Source of the DNA: Bugula neritina | Lineage: Eukaryota; Animalia; Bryozoa | DNA length: 64,000 nucleotides | Assembly: GCA_964035545.1 (NCBI GenBank) | Contig: OZ037767.1 | Location: forward strand, 9,806,581-9,870,580 | Direction: 5' to 3' | Notes under the pieces: generated by a model | Databases searched by the model: none | What the model saw: only the letters and a program-made list of their open reading frames with translations | Told to the model about the DNA's origin: nothing | Made by a program: the position numbers and the translations under genes | In this document: positions 12,890-24,500 of the stretch, one piece after another | Layout: every line of letters begins with the position of its first letter | Position numbering within the stretch: the first letter of the stretch is position 1

Positions 12890-13657
12890 CTTCTTCTAAC
12901 ACTTCATTTAAATGTTTCATATGTTTATACTTATGATTTCATGCTCAACTAATGATCTGTATTTTAAGGAAATTTTCTGTTTTTAATTTGTTATATTTTT
13001 AACACCTGCAATATTCCTCTTTTAGTCGCATTCTATTTTAAATAGAAATCTTGTTGATTAGCATAAGAAACATTTATTTTCCAGTCAGATATCCCCATGT
13101 GTTATTTATTGTTTGATTCACTATTATCTCATGTTGTTTCATAATTTTATTGCCGAACAATCTCGGAATTGTTGCTGGTTATTTACTTATTGATATTATT
13201 TTAACTTATACTATAACAGCTGTAAATACACTTACTGCAAACATTGCAATACTCCTTGCTTTTCTACTCAATACAATAACCAGAGCATGGCAAATCCTTA
13301 ACTCAACTCTATAACTGAGGAAGCAACGTAGAATAGTCAATTGAGATTGACTGGCATTACTTAATGAATAACGAATTGGTTACTTTGTTACTTGTTGGCA
13401 GGATAATTTGCTTTTTCAAAAGCAGCACCATGTTTTTCAGTGAGTAGGTAAATCCCATGTTAGTCGAGGACTTCTTGCACATTCCTCTCTGTTTTAGTGT
13501 AGCATGAGAAAAAAGGAAACACTTCAGACATAATTGTGTGCACGTGTTAAAATGCTGCTATGAGAATACAACTCTTCATATTAAGGATGTGTATATGGTG
13601 AGGAGACAAATCCCAATAAAGCTGCTGTTCACAGATTGAAATATTTATATCTGCGTG

Positions 13658-13740
13658 CTTGTGTGTGCTTGTGTGTGTGCGTGTGTGTGTGCGTGCGTGT
13701 GCGTGTGTGTGTGTGCGCGCGCGCGTGTGTGTGTGTATGC
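13658..13740. repeat. (GT)n/(GC)n compound microsatellite
   Basis: gtgtgtgcgtgtgt...gcgcgcgc run, much shorter at the paralogous site near 4690. Confidence 0.9.
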
Positions 13741-14434
13741 ATGTATTATGTACGTACACACTTATGTTTGTATGTATAGGCCCTATATATAGACACATTC
13801 AATGAGCTGGATTAACTTCTGGCTCAGTGTAGTCAGTAAGTGAAACATGGAAATCCTATAGATATTGTGAAATTCAAAGATCCTTTAATTACTGATATTT
13901 ATCAAGGACCAAAGATAAAGTTGATATTTCAGTATTTATATATATTTTATTGATACATATGATAGATATTTTAACAATTTTTTGCATTGACACATACATG
14001 AAAGATCAATTGCATGACAGAAAACAAATAAAGGTATTAGCTGCCTATTATATTAGAATATGTCATCAACAATTCAACAGAGTGTACATTCATTGTCTGT
14101 TAAAAAGAAAAATAAATAAATTATTAAGAAATATATTTCGATATACAATTAAAGATACACAAATCTAGCTGATTAGAAACTAAAATAGGAGAACTATAAC
14201 TAGAATTATTGTACACCACTTTTATTTTTAATAAAATTACTAACATTTTTAGAATGTTCGAGTATGACAATATCATGGCTCTTAATCAAACCATTAAACA
14301 CTTGTCATACTAACAACAGAGGAAAAGCATAACTTCACTATGAGCTGTATATTTTGTAACAATATTTATAGAAGTTTGTCACAATTTACCAACAAGTGGC
14401 AAGGAGCACAGAGTTTGGAGAGATGGAGAATTTG

Positions 14435-17400
14435 TTAGAAGCAGCTTGGTGCAGAAGTAGTTTTGGTTGGACCATGGAAATCAGCAGGAAATGTAAATTG
14501 TAAATACGAAGGAAGTACAGGTTCAGAGTTGGTTGCAGTAAGAGCAAATGGATAAGGAGGAGGTGGATATTTCTCTAAGAGGAGAGATGAGACAGAGATG
14601 GTGGTTGGTTTAGGAGGATTGTATGGTAGAATATCAGAGCTGGTGGTAACTTTTACCACCACTTGCTGATAAACTAAGGAAAATTTGTTCGTTGGGTCGA
14701 GGAACCATTCAGATCTCTAAAGAATGTGAATAGGCAGAGTAAGAAAGAGAATCGATTAGAATAGCATGCATCAGTTGAATGAGTATAACTGAAAAAAACT
14801 GAACTACACTACAGCAACTGAGTTGACAATAATTATAATGGTTTGCAGTAAAAAAGTGATATAAACAAAGTGATGAAATACAACATTGGGGAAATTTTTC
14901 ATAGTTAAGGAGAAAACAATTATCATTGGCATGGAAAAAGTGTAGATAAAAAACTAATAAGTAACAGACAGTTCCCAAAGTTGAGAAAATGAAATATTGT
15001 TAATTTGGGTAAAATACCATTGCAATAATTTAGCAAAAAATGTGTGACAAAGTTGAACAGATGTGAATTTGAATGATCATGACATACTTTTCTCAGACGT
15101 TCCAAACTTCTCATCATGAGTTTTTCTGCTTCTTCATTGTATAATTTTATGAATTCATGGAATGGCAGAGTAGGCTGAAAGTAAGTGATTTGAGTTATAA
15201 CAAGGAACTACGACAAGTATATTGTACAGAGACATTATAATTATTACATGTTACATAGGGCCATAGGTGATAGTAAAATACCACTGTACAGTATATTATT
15301 ACAGTATTTTGTATCATTTTATATTATAGTATGACCTGTTAAAATATAGTTCTGCAATTATGTTTTAATGCAATAAGAAAAAGGTTAGGAATGAAAGAAA
15401 AGCTGACAGGCTAGTATAGTTCCAAGTTACATTCATGTTTTTATAAAAAATTACAGGCAATACTCTAATCTGTGAGAAATGCTATGTTACCTTCATAGGT
15501 TTAGCATCTCCACTATCACCTCGTGCTAATTGGAACACATCATTCTCTACAGACCCTGTCTTTGTCAAACCAGCAAACTGATTCAAATTCTCCAGACCAA
15601 ACACAGAGGTGAGTGGAAAATAATTCAACAAGAGCTCCACTACTTCAACTGCTTTCTTAATTTTACTCGGGTCATTATTACTGTTCCTGTTGAATTATTT
15701 AAACTATTAACCGAATAAAACTTTTCAAATAATAAGTCAGTATAGTTAGTTTGTATGTCAACTAAGACATTGTAAACAGCTAACTCATGTATTGCAATAA
15801 AATTTGTTATTAGTTAATTAGTGAAGCTTTATAGTTGTTTTTAAGTATTGTGGCATACAGCATTACAAATTATTGTACGGCATTGAATAGTGTTGCTGAT
15901 AAGTTTATAAACCATTGGTTAGAAAAACATATAATTTTTTATTGCATCAAAGAATAAAAAAATATCTTTTTCAATTATAAACACTCACCCAAACAGAGAT
16001 CCGGCAATAGATTTAGCCAAGCTTTCAAATGTCAGGTTTTGACGTTTACATACGAGATAGGCGAGTCCTACCATCAGTGTCAGGAGTTGTCTGACCGGCT
16101 TTGAGAGAGACATGAGAAGTCTGTAGAATAACGAACATAGACAGTATTTAGGAGCTATAACACATAAATGCAGCAAAGTACAACTGTATTAAATAAATTA
16201 ATCAGAGATCTTAAAGTTTTACAGTAAGCCCCATTACACTTGACATTGCATTAAAATTTGAAGACAGATAAGTGTGGTTGAGTTTAAGCTATTTGCAACT
16301 TAGAATTTAAAACAGTCAATAATTCAGTTTCAATGTTACAAAAATATAACAAAAGCTACAGTGTTGGGAAATATAATGTGTCAGTAATAAAGTTTGAATC
16401 TTAACAGCATTGGAGAATTAACCTTGATATTTTGTATGCGTCAACATCAGTACTCACTTATTGACCATCTTTTTCTTTTCTGCTACTCCTTGTAGCTTTA
16501 ATATTTTAAAAAATTTCTTCTCATTCTGTTTCCCGAGAAGTCCATTGGGAGTTGCAAGGAGAAACTTCTATAACGCATATAATAACAAATGAATAGTGGA
16601 GAGCTAGAGCTAAAAGATTAGTGCTAGGAATACTAAACAACTAGATTTATATCCCAGATGTTCTAGGAACTGTAATGATGCTTAACAGTTTAACAGTAAA
16701 TTCTCACATGATATATATTATTGAGGAATTGTAGCAGTGCTAATGGTTTTATTGGAAAAAAATATATTTATAATTTTGTATTGTGGTACAAATTGTTGAG
16801 GCTATAATCATCTTTCACAAGATAAAATGCGCGTATAAACTATAAGAAATAAATTTGGTTAATTTAAAGTGTGCATGCGCGAGCGCGCGCGCGCGTGTGT
16901 GAGTGTGTGTGTGTGAGTGAGTCAGTGCGTGCGTGGGTGCGAGTGGGTGTATGTGTATTTGTTCATAAATATGACTTACTTTGACCACAGAACATAGACT
17001 GTGGATGCCCACACTTTGGAGGTCGAATTCTTGTCCTGCTGACAAGGACTCTGATAGTCGGCGTACCTCCCCTGAACTACCTGGCTGCCGGAATATTCCT
17101 GTTTGTGAGAGACCAGTCAGGGCGATTTGCATGAAGATATTCTATAAGAGAGCATTAAGACATGTGTTATGTAGTAGCTACAAACTTATGCTTTACCATT
17201 TATAATGCTGTCTTCAAGTTATAAAAATGTGTCTAATATATTTATTAGCATGTGAAGGTTTTTTAGCAAAAGATTACATACCAGGAGTGTTACTGGAATC
17301 TCATTATTTCGAAAGACTCGTTTTAATGGAACTCCAAACTCTAGTCTATAAATATCAAGTATTTACTACAGCTATAAACGTAATATGAACCAATGGCAGT

Positions 17401-17864
17401 TTAAATATAGTCACTGAAAATTGTTGCTCAGCAAATATCCTGCCTTATAAAGAACATATTAGTTTTGAAAATATAAAACCGTACTATGTGTAATGAGTTA
17501 CTAGCCAACTTTATTTCAATGCGCTTTTCACAAGTGAAAACAGCAAGTGGGTCCTATTTGAATATATGGGAGGTGCAATATTTTAAACTTCAGTTGCAAC
17601 TATATAAATACTTTTATGGCACAGCTGTGCCTCTCATAATGATGACCAAATAAGTTTATGTTATTTCGACCATATAATATCTTGCTGCCATTTTTGAAGC
17701 AACGTATAGGCATGATTTCTAAAAGTGCTAATTTACCAAGACAAAATCTGTGAACGCTGAAGATGAAGTTTTTAGACTCACCTCTTGATAGTGGCATGAG
17801 CAACATTTTCAGCAGCGGAAGCTGCAGAAGCTCGTCTAGAAAATAGTCTGCTAAAGAATCCCAT
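14435..17864 (-). CDS. Rho GTPase-activating protein, copy B, 371 aa
   Basis: Exons 17864-17782, 17345-17282, 17141-16980, 16567-16458, 16120-15989, 15686-15491, 15174-15088, 14716-14435. Exon lengths are identical to copy A, all splice sites are GT-AG, there is no internal stop and GIFRQPG is retained. About 22 amino-acid differences from copy A by manual comparison. Confidence 0.9.
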
Positions 17865-18775
17865 GGCTAAAAATAAACACATAGAAATAATAATTTTAGT
17901 TATAATGCTGTTATTACAAAATCACAACACATAGTACTACCATGGACTACACAAAAACCTGCTAAACATCTTGTACTCCAGATCAACTAGACAAAAACAT
18001 TATACTATGTTCGGATGCAACTGCAAACAGCTGATATATCTTCTTATAATTAAGCAATACTATAATTTCTCAATAATTAATTTACAAAAAAACTTGGGTT
18101 ATAGAAGAGTTTTGTTCACTAACCTTGTTTTCCGAGAGAGAAAATAGTAGCAGAACATGAAATGATGTAACTACAATGTCAAGCAGTACAGAGACTTAAC
18201 AATTAAGTTACAGAAATATGATGGGAGCACAAAGTATGATACTGAAATAAGCATATACTCTAAACACTGATTCTATGATTAACAGAATAAAAGATAGAAG
18301 TATCCGTATTCTGAGGCAGAGCGAATCAAACTACACAGAGTTATAACATGATGTCCTTCTCATTGTCTCATTAACGTCGCATAACTCATGAGTTCTTACC
18401 TAGTACAATTAGTAAATTACTAGTTATCATTGTTACTAGAAGGATTGTTGCTGTATAGTGAATTAATCAAAACATAGCATATCAAAAATCCTTGAGAGTT
18501 GATAAATTCTTTGAAAACTTTTTCAAAATTTGTTCTTATAAAATATCAAGCTAATTATTGGCCAATATCCACAAATTTTATGTAGCTGTTAACCTCTAAA
18601 TAATACAATCCTGTTGCTATGTTATTTGATAACATATCTCGCAGATGTGGTTAATAAAGTGAAGCAGGCTGCAGGGATGGCAGCTGTTAGCTGTGATGAA
18701 AGGATAACTCCAGTTTACCCACAATTATTCGCAAACATGTCTGCCAACCTGTTGCATTAGCTGTAGCATATACTC

Positions 18776-19466
18776 TAGCAAACATCTTCTTCAACATCAT
18801 TTTTTTATTTTACTGAGCTGTCTGCGGGCATCTTTTAATATGTCATTCAACTCTGAATTCTTCTTAGACAGAATTTTCATCTTTTTGATCAGTTTGTCTT
18901 TCAGCTGACGGGATAAATCCTTCAATGATGTCTCATGTCTTGTTGTGAGAAGCCATTTTTCCTTCTGAAATAATATTCAAGTATTTACCTAAAGACATTC
19001 GGCATATTTGCTACCTTAGACTGAGTTCTATTTTGAGGTCAGGTCAGAATACGGGTTATTCTCATGTGAAAAATGGTGTCTTTTAAGACTAAGGAGAGTT
19101 TCCAAAAATGCAAAATTATAAAAATGATAAAATGGAATTACCTGCTACCTTTCCACATCCATTCTTAGAGTCACACCAGATACAGAATCTCTGGTGACAC
19201 TCAAAACCCACATCCATCAGCTGATTACGTACATGATGTTCACATTTAGTAATGGAAAAACACTGCGGAGATACTATGTAGAGGTCAATTGGGACAGAGC
19301 GACGTGTAGTGTTGCTGTAGAGTGTAGATCTTCATTTTGTCATTGTTCTGGCAACGAAAAAATACAGTTGAATCACAAATCACTGCTTAATTTTCACACA
19401 GCTTTTGTTCAATCTTCACACACATCACAGGGGATGGGCACAGGTTTGGTTGAAGCTTTATACAGC

Positions 19467-19471
<5 letters not shown>
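18776..19471 (-). pseudogene. Degenerate B-box zinc finger plus coiled-coil (TRIM-like) pseudogene
   Basis: The minus strand reads MKLYKASTKPVPIPCDVCED*TKAV* (B-box-1-like start with stops), then after a frameshift TKCEHHVRNQLMDVGFECHQRFCIWCD (B-box-2-like Cys/His spacing) with a donor near 19142-19149. An AG-bounded exon from about 18964 reads HETSLKDLSRQLKDKLIKKMKILSKKNSELNDILKDARRQLSKIKNDVEEDVC* (coiled-coil-like). Confidence 0.5.
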
Positions 19472-19545
<74 letters not shown>

Positions 19546-19640
19546 TGTGTGTGTGCATGTGGGCGTATGCTTGTGTGTGCGTGCGCGTGTGTGTATGTGC
19601 GTGTGTGTGTGTGTGCGTGCGTGCGTGTGTGTGTGTGTGT
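19470..19640. repeat. (TA)n microsatellite followed by (GT/GC)n
   Basis: Pure TA run of about 74 bp, then a TG-rich compound repeat. Confidence 0.97.
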
Positions 19641-19889
19641 AATTTATAGAATGGCTGAGGCCTTCAGCAGAGCACATTATTTTCAATGCAACTCACAGCT
19701 GGTCTAATATTAATAGTCTGAAACTCACCAAGTAAGGTTACTCCAGAATTATATATTATGTTATATATTATATTAATAGAATATTTATATAAGTTATAAA
19801 ATGTAATCGTCACCATTCCTTATTGTCCGCGAACTTTTTATCGCCCAATTAATTAATTCTTACTTCTTGCCGCTACTCGTGAATTCTCT

Positions 19890-20027
19890 TATAAGCAGCC
19901 TCGAGTTGGGGGTGACTGAGTGCAATAGGTTTTTGTTCTTGGATTGGGAATTTCAGTGAGCCCTAACTTTAAATTTGAGCAACGCAAATTACTACGCTCG
20001 GCCATACCCAACTTGGAGCTGCTTATA
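19890..20027. mobile_element. Short MITE-like inverted-repeat element
   Basis: tataagcagcctcgagttgggggtgactgagtgc is imperfectly mirrored by acgctcggccatacccaacttggagctgcttata, with TA at both ends. A related ttgggggtgactgagt motif occurs at about 32598. Confidence 0.6.
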
Positions 20028-20949
20028 GTTATTAGAATCATTTAATACTCGTTTTCTTCTGTTTTACTACGATGATATTTGTCCTACACTTGCGTAATAT
20101 AGTACTAATTAGTTCGCTGATCTCGGGCACTCAATTGGAATTAAAAATATTTCTAATAGTAATATATTTAATATATCCATTTTAGTGTTCTCAAGATCAC
20201 CTTTAGAAACCCATGATTTTTCAGTTTCCCGGCAAGTTCATGTACATTCACAGGTGTAGTTTTAGTCGAAAACCGAAACGGTCTGTGCTAGTCAACATCA
20301 ATATTCAATATGAATATGAATATCAGAATAATGATATGATAATCATAATCACAATGATAATGAACAGTCTCAGTTTGTGTTTTCAGTTTTGGTCGATTTG
20401 ATTTTATTACAAAATAATTTAAATTATTGAATTTAGAATCAAGAAGATCCGACTGAAGAGAGAGAACAAATTGAAGTGCATCTTAAACTTAAAGTTTATC
20501 GAGTCAGTGTCACCAATCCGAAGAGCTAAGCCTAAGGCGCCCAGGCCCAGGGATTATTATTTTGATTATGCCTATACGGATACCTATGGCTATGGTCATA
20601 ATGACAATGATAATCATAATCATTTCTTGAACAAAAAATTGGTTGAAAATGATTAACTTTGGGAGTCGACCTGCCAACTCTCAGTTTAAAACCTAAACTT
20701 AGTTATAACAATAATATATATATTAATTAATAATAATATTCATATTGATATTTTTGTAGTTTTATGGGAATAACTATTATGTGTGGGTATGTGCGTGTAT
20801 GAAAAGCTAGAACATAGGCTAACTCTTTGTATTTGTCCAAGAGAGAGAACTAAGAATGAGAATATATATTTAAAAACTTAGCATTCGAGAAAAGATATCA
20901 GATAAAACAGTAGTACATCAGAACCATACATGAGTAGTAATACTAGCTA

Positions 20950-21225
20950 TATGTCACTGGGCGCATGGATTGGTCTGCTTATATAGGGAAACTTAATTCT
21001 GATTGGCTCCGCGAGTTCCGGTCTCCCTGCGGATGACTGTCTGCAGCGGAGGCCGCCATTCCTCCAAGTAGAGTGTGCGGAATCTCAAGAGTGCCACCAT
21101 GCGGCATGCATGTGCTTGTCACAGTTAAAATAGAAACGTGTAGCCAGTGTGCTTGCAGTACAGTTGGTTGCGTAAACTATGGTCCATATTTCGACCAAGG
21201 GAGGGGGTAGCATGATGTATGCCAA
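20950..21225. promoter_or_regulatory. CpG/GC-enriched putative promoter region upstream of DPP3, possibly divergent
   Basis: Local GC and CpG enrichment in AT-rich surroundings. Two ATTGG (CCAAT on the minus strand) boxes at about 20969 and 21002, a minus-strand TATATAAG at about 20978-20985 and a YY1-like GCCGCCAT at about 21052. It lies 300-550 bp before the DPP3 start codon. Confidence 0.5.
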
Positions 21226-21525
21226 AGCCATCACAATATTATTATTATTAATAATCATCATTAATATTAATAATCCTAAGGCTAATAAAACCATACTGAT
21301 ACTCATACTGTCAATATTTTTGTTGGCAAATGGTGAATATGTCTTGCACTTTTTGATTCTAAAGAAACTATTGTAAGAATGAGTTTATGAATGTGTATAC
21401 TGTATATCATTGTAATTTTGAATGCTCAATGTCTACTAATTTAAATGTTTACTTCACAGTCAGTTCATTGTTAGAAGGAAGTGGAGCACTTGCAGTTTCT
21501 TGTTCCATTTACAGAGGTGGACTCA

Positions 21526-24500
21526 ATGGATGTTTCTCAGCATATCTTTCCAAATACCACGGACTTCTGTCTGCTAGATTGTAAAGAGGCTTTTACTGGA
21601 CTCACCACGAAAGAAAAGATATATGCTCACTATATATCGAGAGCTTCATACTACGGTGGCCTCATTGTCTTATATCAAGTATGTATTCTATAGCAGGTAT
21701 ATTTTCTATGCCAGGAATTTAATTTGTATCAGGTGTTTCTTTTATACAAGGTCCAATAAAAGTGAAAACTTTGTTGTGCATTTGTAATGACAGTAGACAG
21801 GTTTCATGTAACTTATGTTTCTTCTAAGTTCTTCTATCAATTATATTGCTACAAGCTGTTGTGCTATTGAATGCCCTGCCAAGAACGGTACATCCATTTA
21901 TAATTAATTAAAATACAAGATGACATAAGATGTGATTCTTTCTTCCAGACTTCCCCAGAATCGCCTGGTATTCATCTTCTCCTTACCAAACTATTTAGAC
22001 ATGAATCCCTTCAACAGCTCAAGCAAACAGCAACATCCTTAGGACTGTCCGAAGATGACTTTGAGGTAAGGGCAGTCGATTTTGTGAAGTATCACTTGGC
22101 CAAATAAGGTGTCAGATTTTATTTTATTCTGTTGATATTTTTGTAAAGAAAAATTGTAACATTACCCTCAGCACATAATTTACAATATGTCAGTGTGAAC
22201 AGATTTTTCTCAGCCTTCTGCTGCTAGTATTCTGTTTGCTAACGGCTCTTCAGTTGACGACTGTTTTGTTTTATTTCAGGCACTTTTGGTGTACGCTGCT
22301 GCCATCTACGCAAACTCTGGGAATTACAAATCTTTCGGTGACTCAAAGATTATTCCTAATTTTCCAAAGGTAGGCGATGGCTTTGTTTTCAAGTGAATAT
22401 TAGATTGCTATAGTGACAAAATTGAAATTTTATTGATGATGACTTTTGTTTCAGACAAAGCTTCTTCCTATTGTTTCACTTTGCTTGTATTTTATGCTCA
22501 ATATTGTCGACCAATTAATACTACAATTATTACTATCAACGTAATTTTATCACTGTTTTCAATATTTAACTGGTTATTTTTAACACTAATACTTCTGGCT
22601 AATTGTTTCCAAGTCTTTAGTTTTCAGAGGTTCAAGACTATTGAGAACAGCATAAAGCTTATGAAGCTGCTTAAATTTGCATACTACAGTCGCCATTAGA
22701 TAGTTTCTTCTGTTTAAATAGTGGAATTTTGAGTTTTGCTGATGGCTTTGTAACCATAGCCTAGCTTGTTGACAACCACCTTCAAGGTTTCTGCATGCCA
22801 CTGTAGACTTACCACTCAGAAATTTTGCTCTTTTAAGCACTTTCCTGTAGCAGTTATATTTATTACACATACTTTAGGAGTAGCTATGTGTTATGGTATA
22901 TTGATGTATTGTGAAAAGTTACTTTTTATATTGCATTTTTTGTCTTTTGGAAGCATAAATATGCCTTTGAATACAGGAAAAGTTTGAGTCGCTAATTAAA
23001 GGGAGTCAGGCCTATAAGAAAGATACAGACTCTGTGGTAGAGCTGTGGAATAGTGTGGGTTCTCGAATGTATTCCCTCAGTCCCCGGGAAACACAGCTAG
23101 GTCTCGGGCAAGATGGCATCACCACTTACTTCTCTTCCAACTGCACTAAGGAAGATGCTGCCATTGCTAAAGAATTTTTCACTCAGAAGGTTGGTAATAA
23201 TTTGCTATGTTTGGGTCTTGAATAAGGCGTTGACATTTAGACATTCAGAGTGATTTCATATTTCAACATGGTGACTTGCAGGAATCAACAGCTGGTAGAT
23301 TTGAGTTTAAACTGTAGATACTGTTCACCTTTCACTGCCACGTCATGATGGTGTAAATTTATGATTTATAAATTAGGACCTTCCAGCCTGGAATACCAGG
23401 TGCTTTAAGCATGCTGATGGTAAGATTGAGATTCGCCTTGCCTCTTCAGTAAAGAAGCCATCCGGGGATCTGACCCATTTGGGAGAACACACCATGAAGG
23501 CTAGTGATGGCAAAGATTACAAGTTCTTAGTTACGAGAGGCGACTATTCTTCACTAATGAAGCTTGTTGTGGACAACTTGGCTTTGGCGAAGGTACTTCT
23601 TTTATGCTCACCTGTGGCTAAAGCAATTCTGTTAGTTGGCTCAACCCTCTACTGTATAAGACATATGACATATAGCGTGTGTCATGACACATGTCACATG
23701 TGTCTTGTGGTATATGAAATGTCACTCACCTATGGCATATGTGGTGTGTCATGTGTCATGTGGTATATGACAATTGATATAACCATGTATGATATGACGC
23801 GTGACACATGACAGATGTGACCTATAATGCTTGTAATGTGGTATGTGTCATAACATGTGGCCTGTGATACATGCGTCACATGTCGCGTGTCAAAATAACA
23901 CGTGTCCTGTGACCTATAACACATGACTTATATCACATGTTATATCACATAACACGTATCATGATTCATATGACACGTGACAGATGTGTCATGCTATACC
24001 CTTGTAGGACTACGCAGCTGATGATAACCAAAAGTTGATGATTGAGAAGTACATGGAAAGTTTCACTACCGGATCATGTGATGCTCACAAGGATGCTTCC
24101 AGATATTGGATCAAAGATAAAGGCCCAGTTGTGGAAAGGTAAGAGCTCAGTCGTTGCTAACTGAAAGATAAGAAGCAATGGCTTGTTGTATATCTATGTA
24201 GAATAATTGTTTGGTTGTTTAATAGTATTATGTGTTTTATTATAGAGTGAATATAATATATTATATTATAATATGTCATATGACAGATACTGTAGCTTCA
24301 AACAATTAACAAGCAGTATATATATTGAGTAAATATTGAGCTTTTTTGCAAAGCATTTGACATTATATTTAATAACTTTGTTGTGAAATAACACTCTCTA
24401 TAATGTGTTGCAGCTACATTGGGTTCATTGAGCTGTATAGAGACCCAGTATCAACCAGGGCAGAGTTTGAAGGTCAGACTTGCTTCTTACCCACAATTTT

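Larger units (their letters stand above)
1..18640. repeat. Tandem segmental amplification, period about 8.9-9.2 kb (two full units plus parts of a third)
   Basis: The motif ttcactaaccttgttttccgaga recurs at about 20, 8910 and 18115. Long colinear near-identical sequence follows between 1-8890 and 8890-18095. The third occurrence matches to about 18540, and 18557-18630 matches 1858-1935. Confidence 0.97.

Noticed and set aside
17600-17806. ORF ...KILYGRNNINLFGHHYERHSCAIK as an extra RhoGAP exon
   Set aside because: Its phase is incompatible with exon 1, and the same frame has a stop in copy A. Exon 1 splices cleanly to the FGVPL exon without it.
19194-19707. ORFs of 151, 100 and 72 aa with YIYIYI/CVCV runs
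   Set aside because: Read-through of TA and GT microsatellites.
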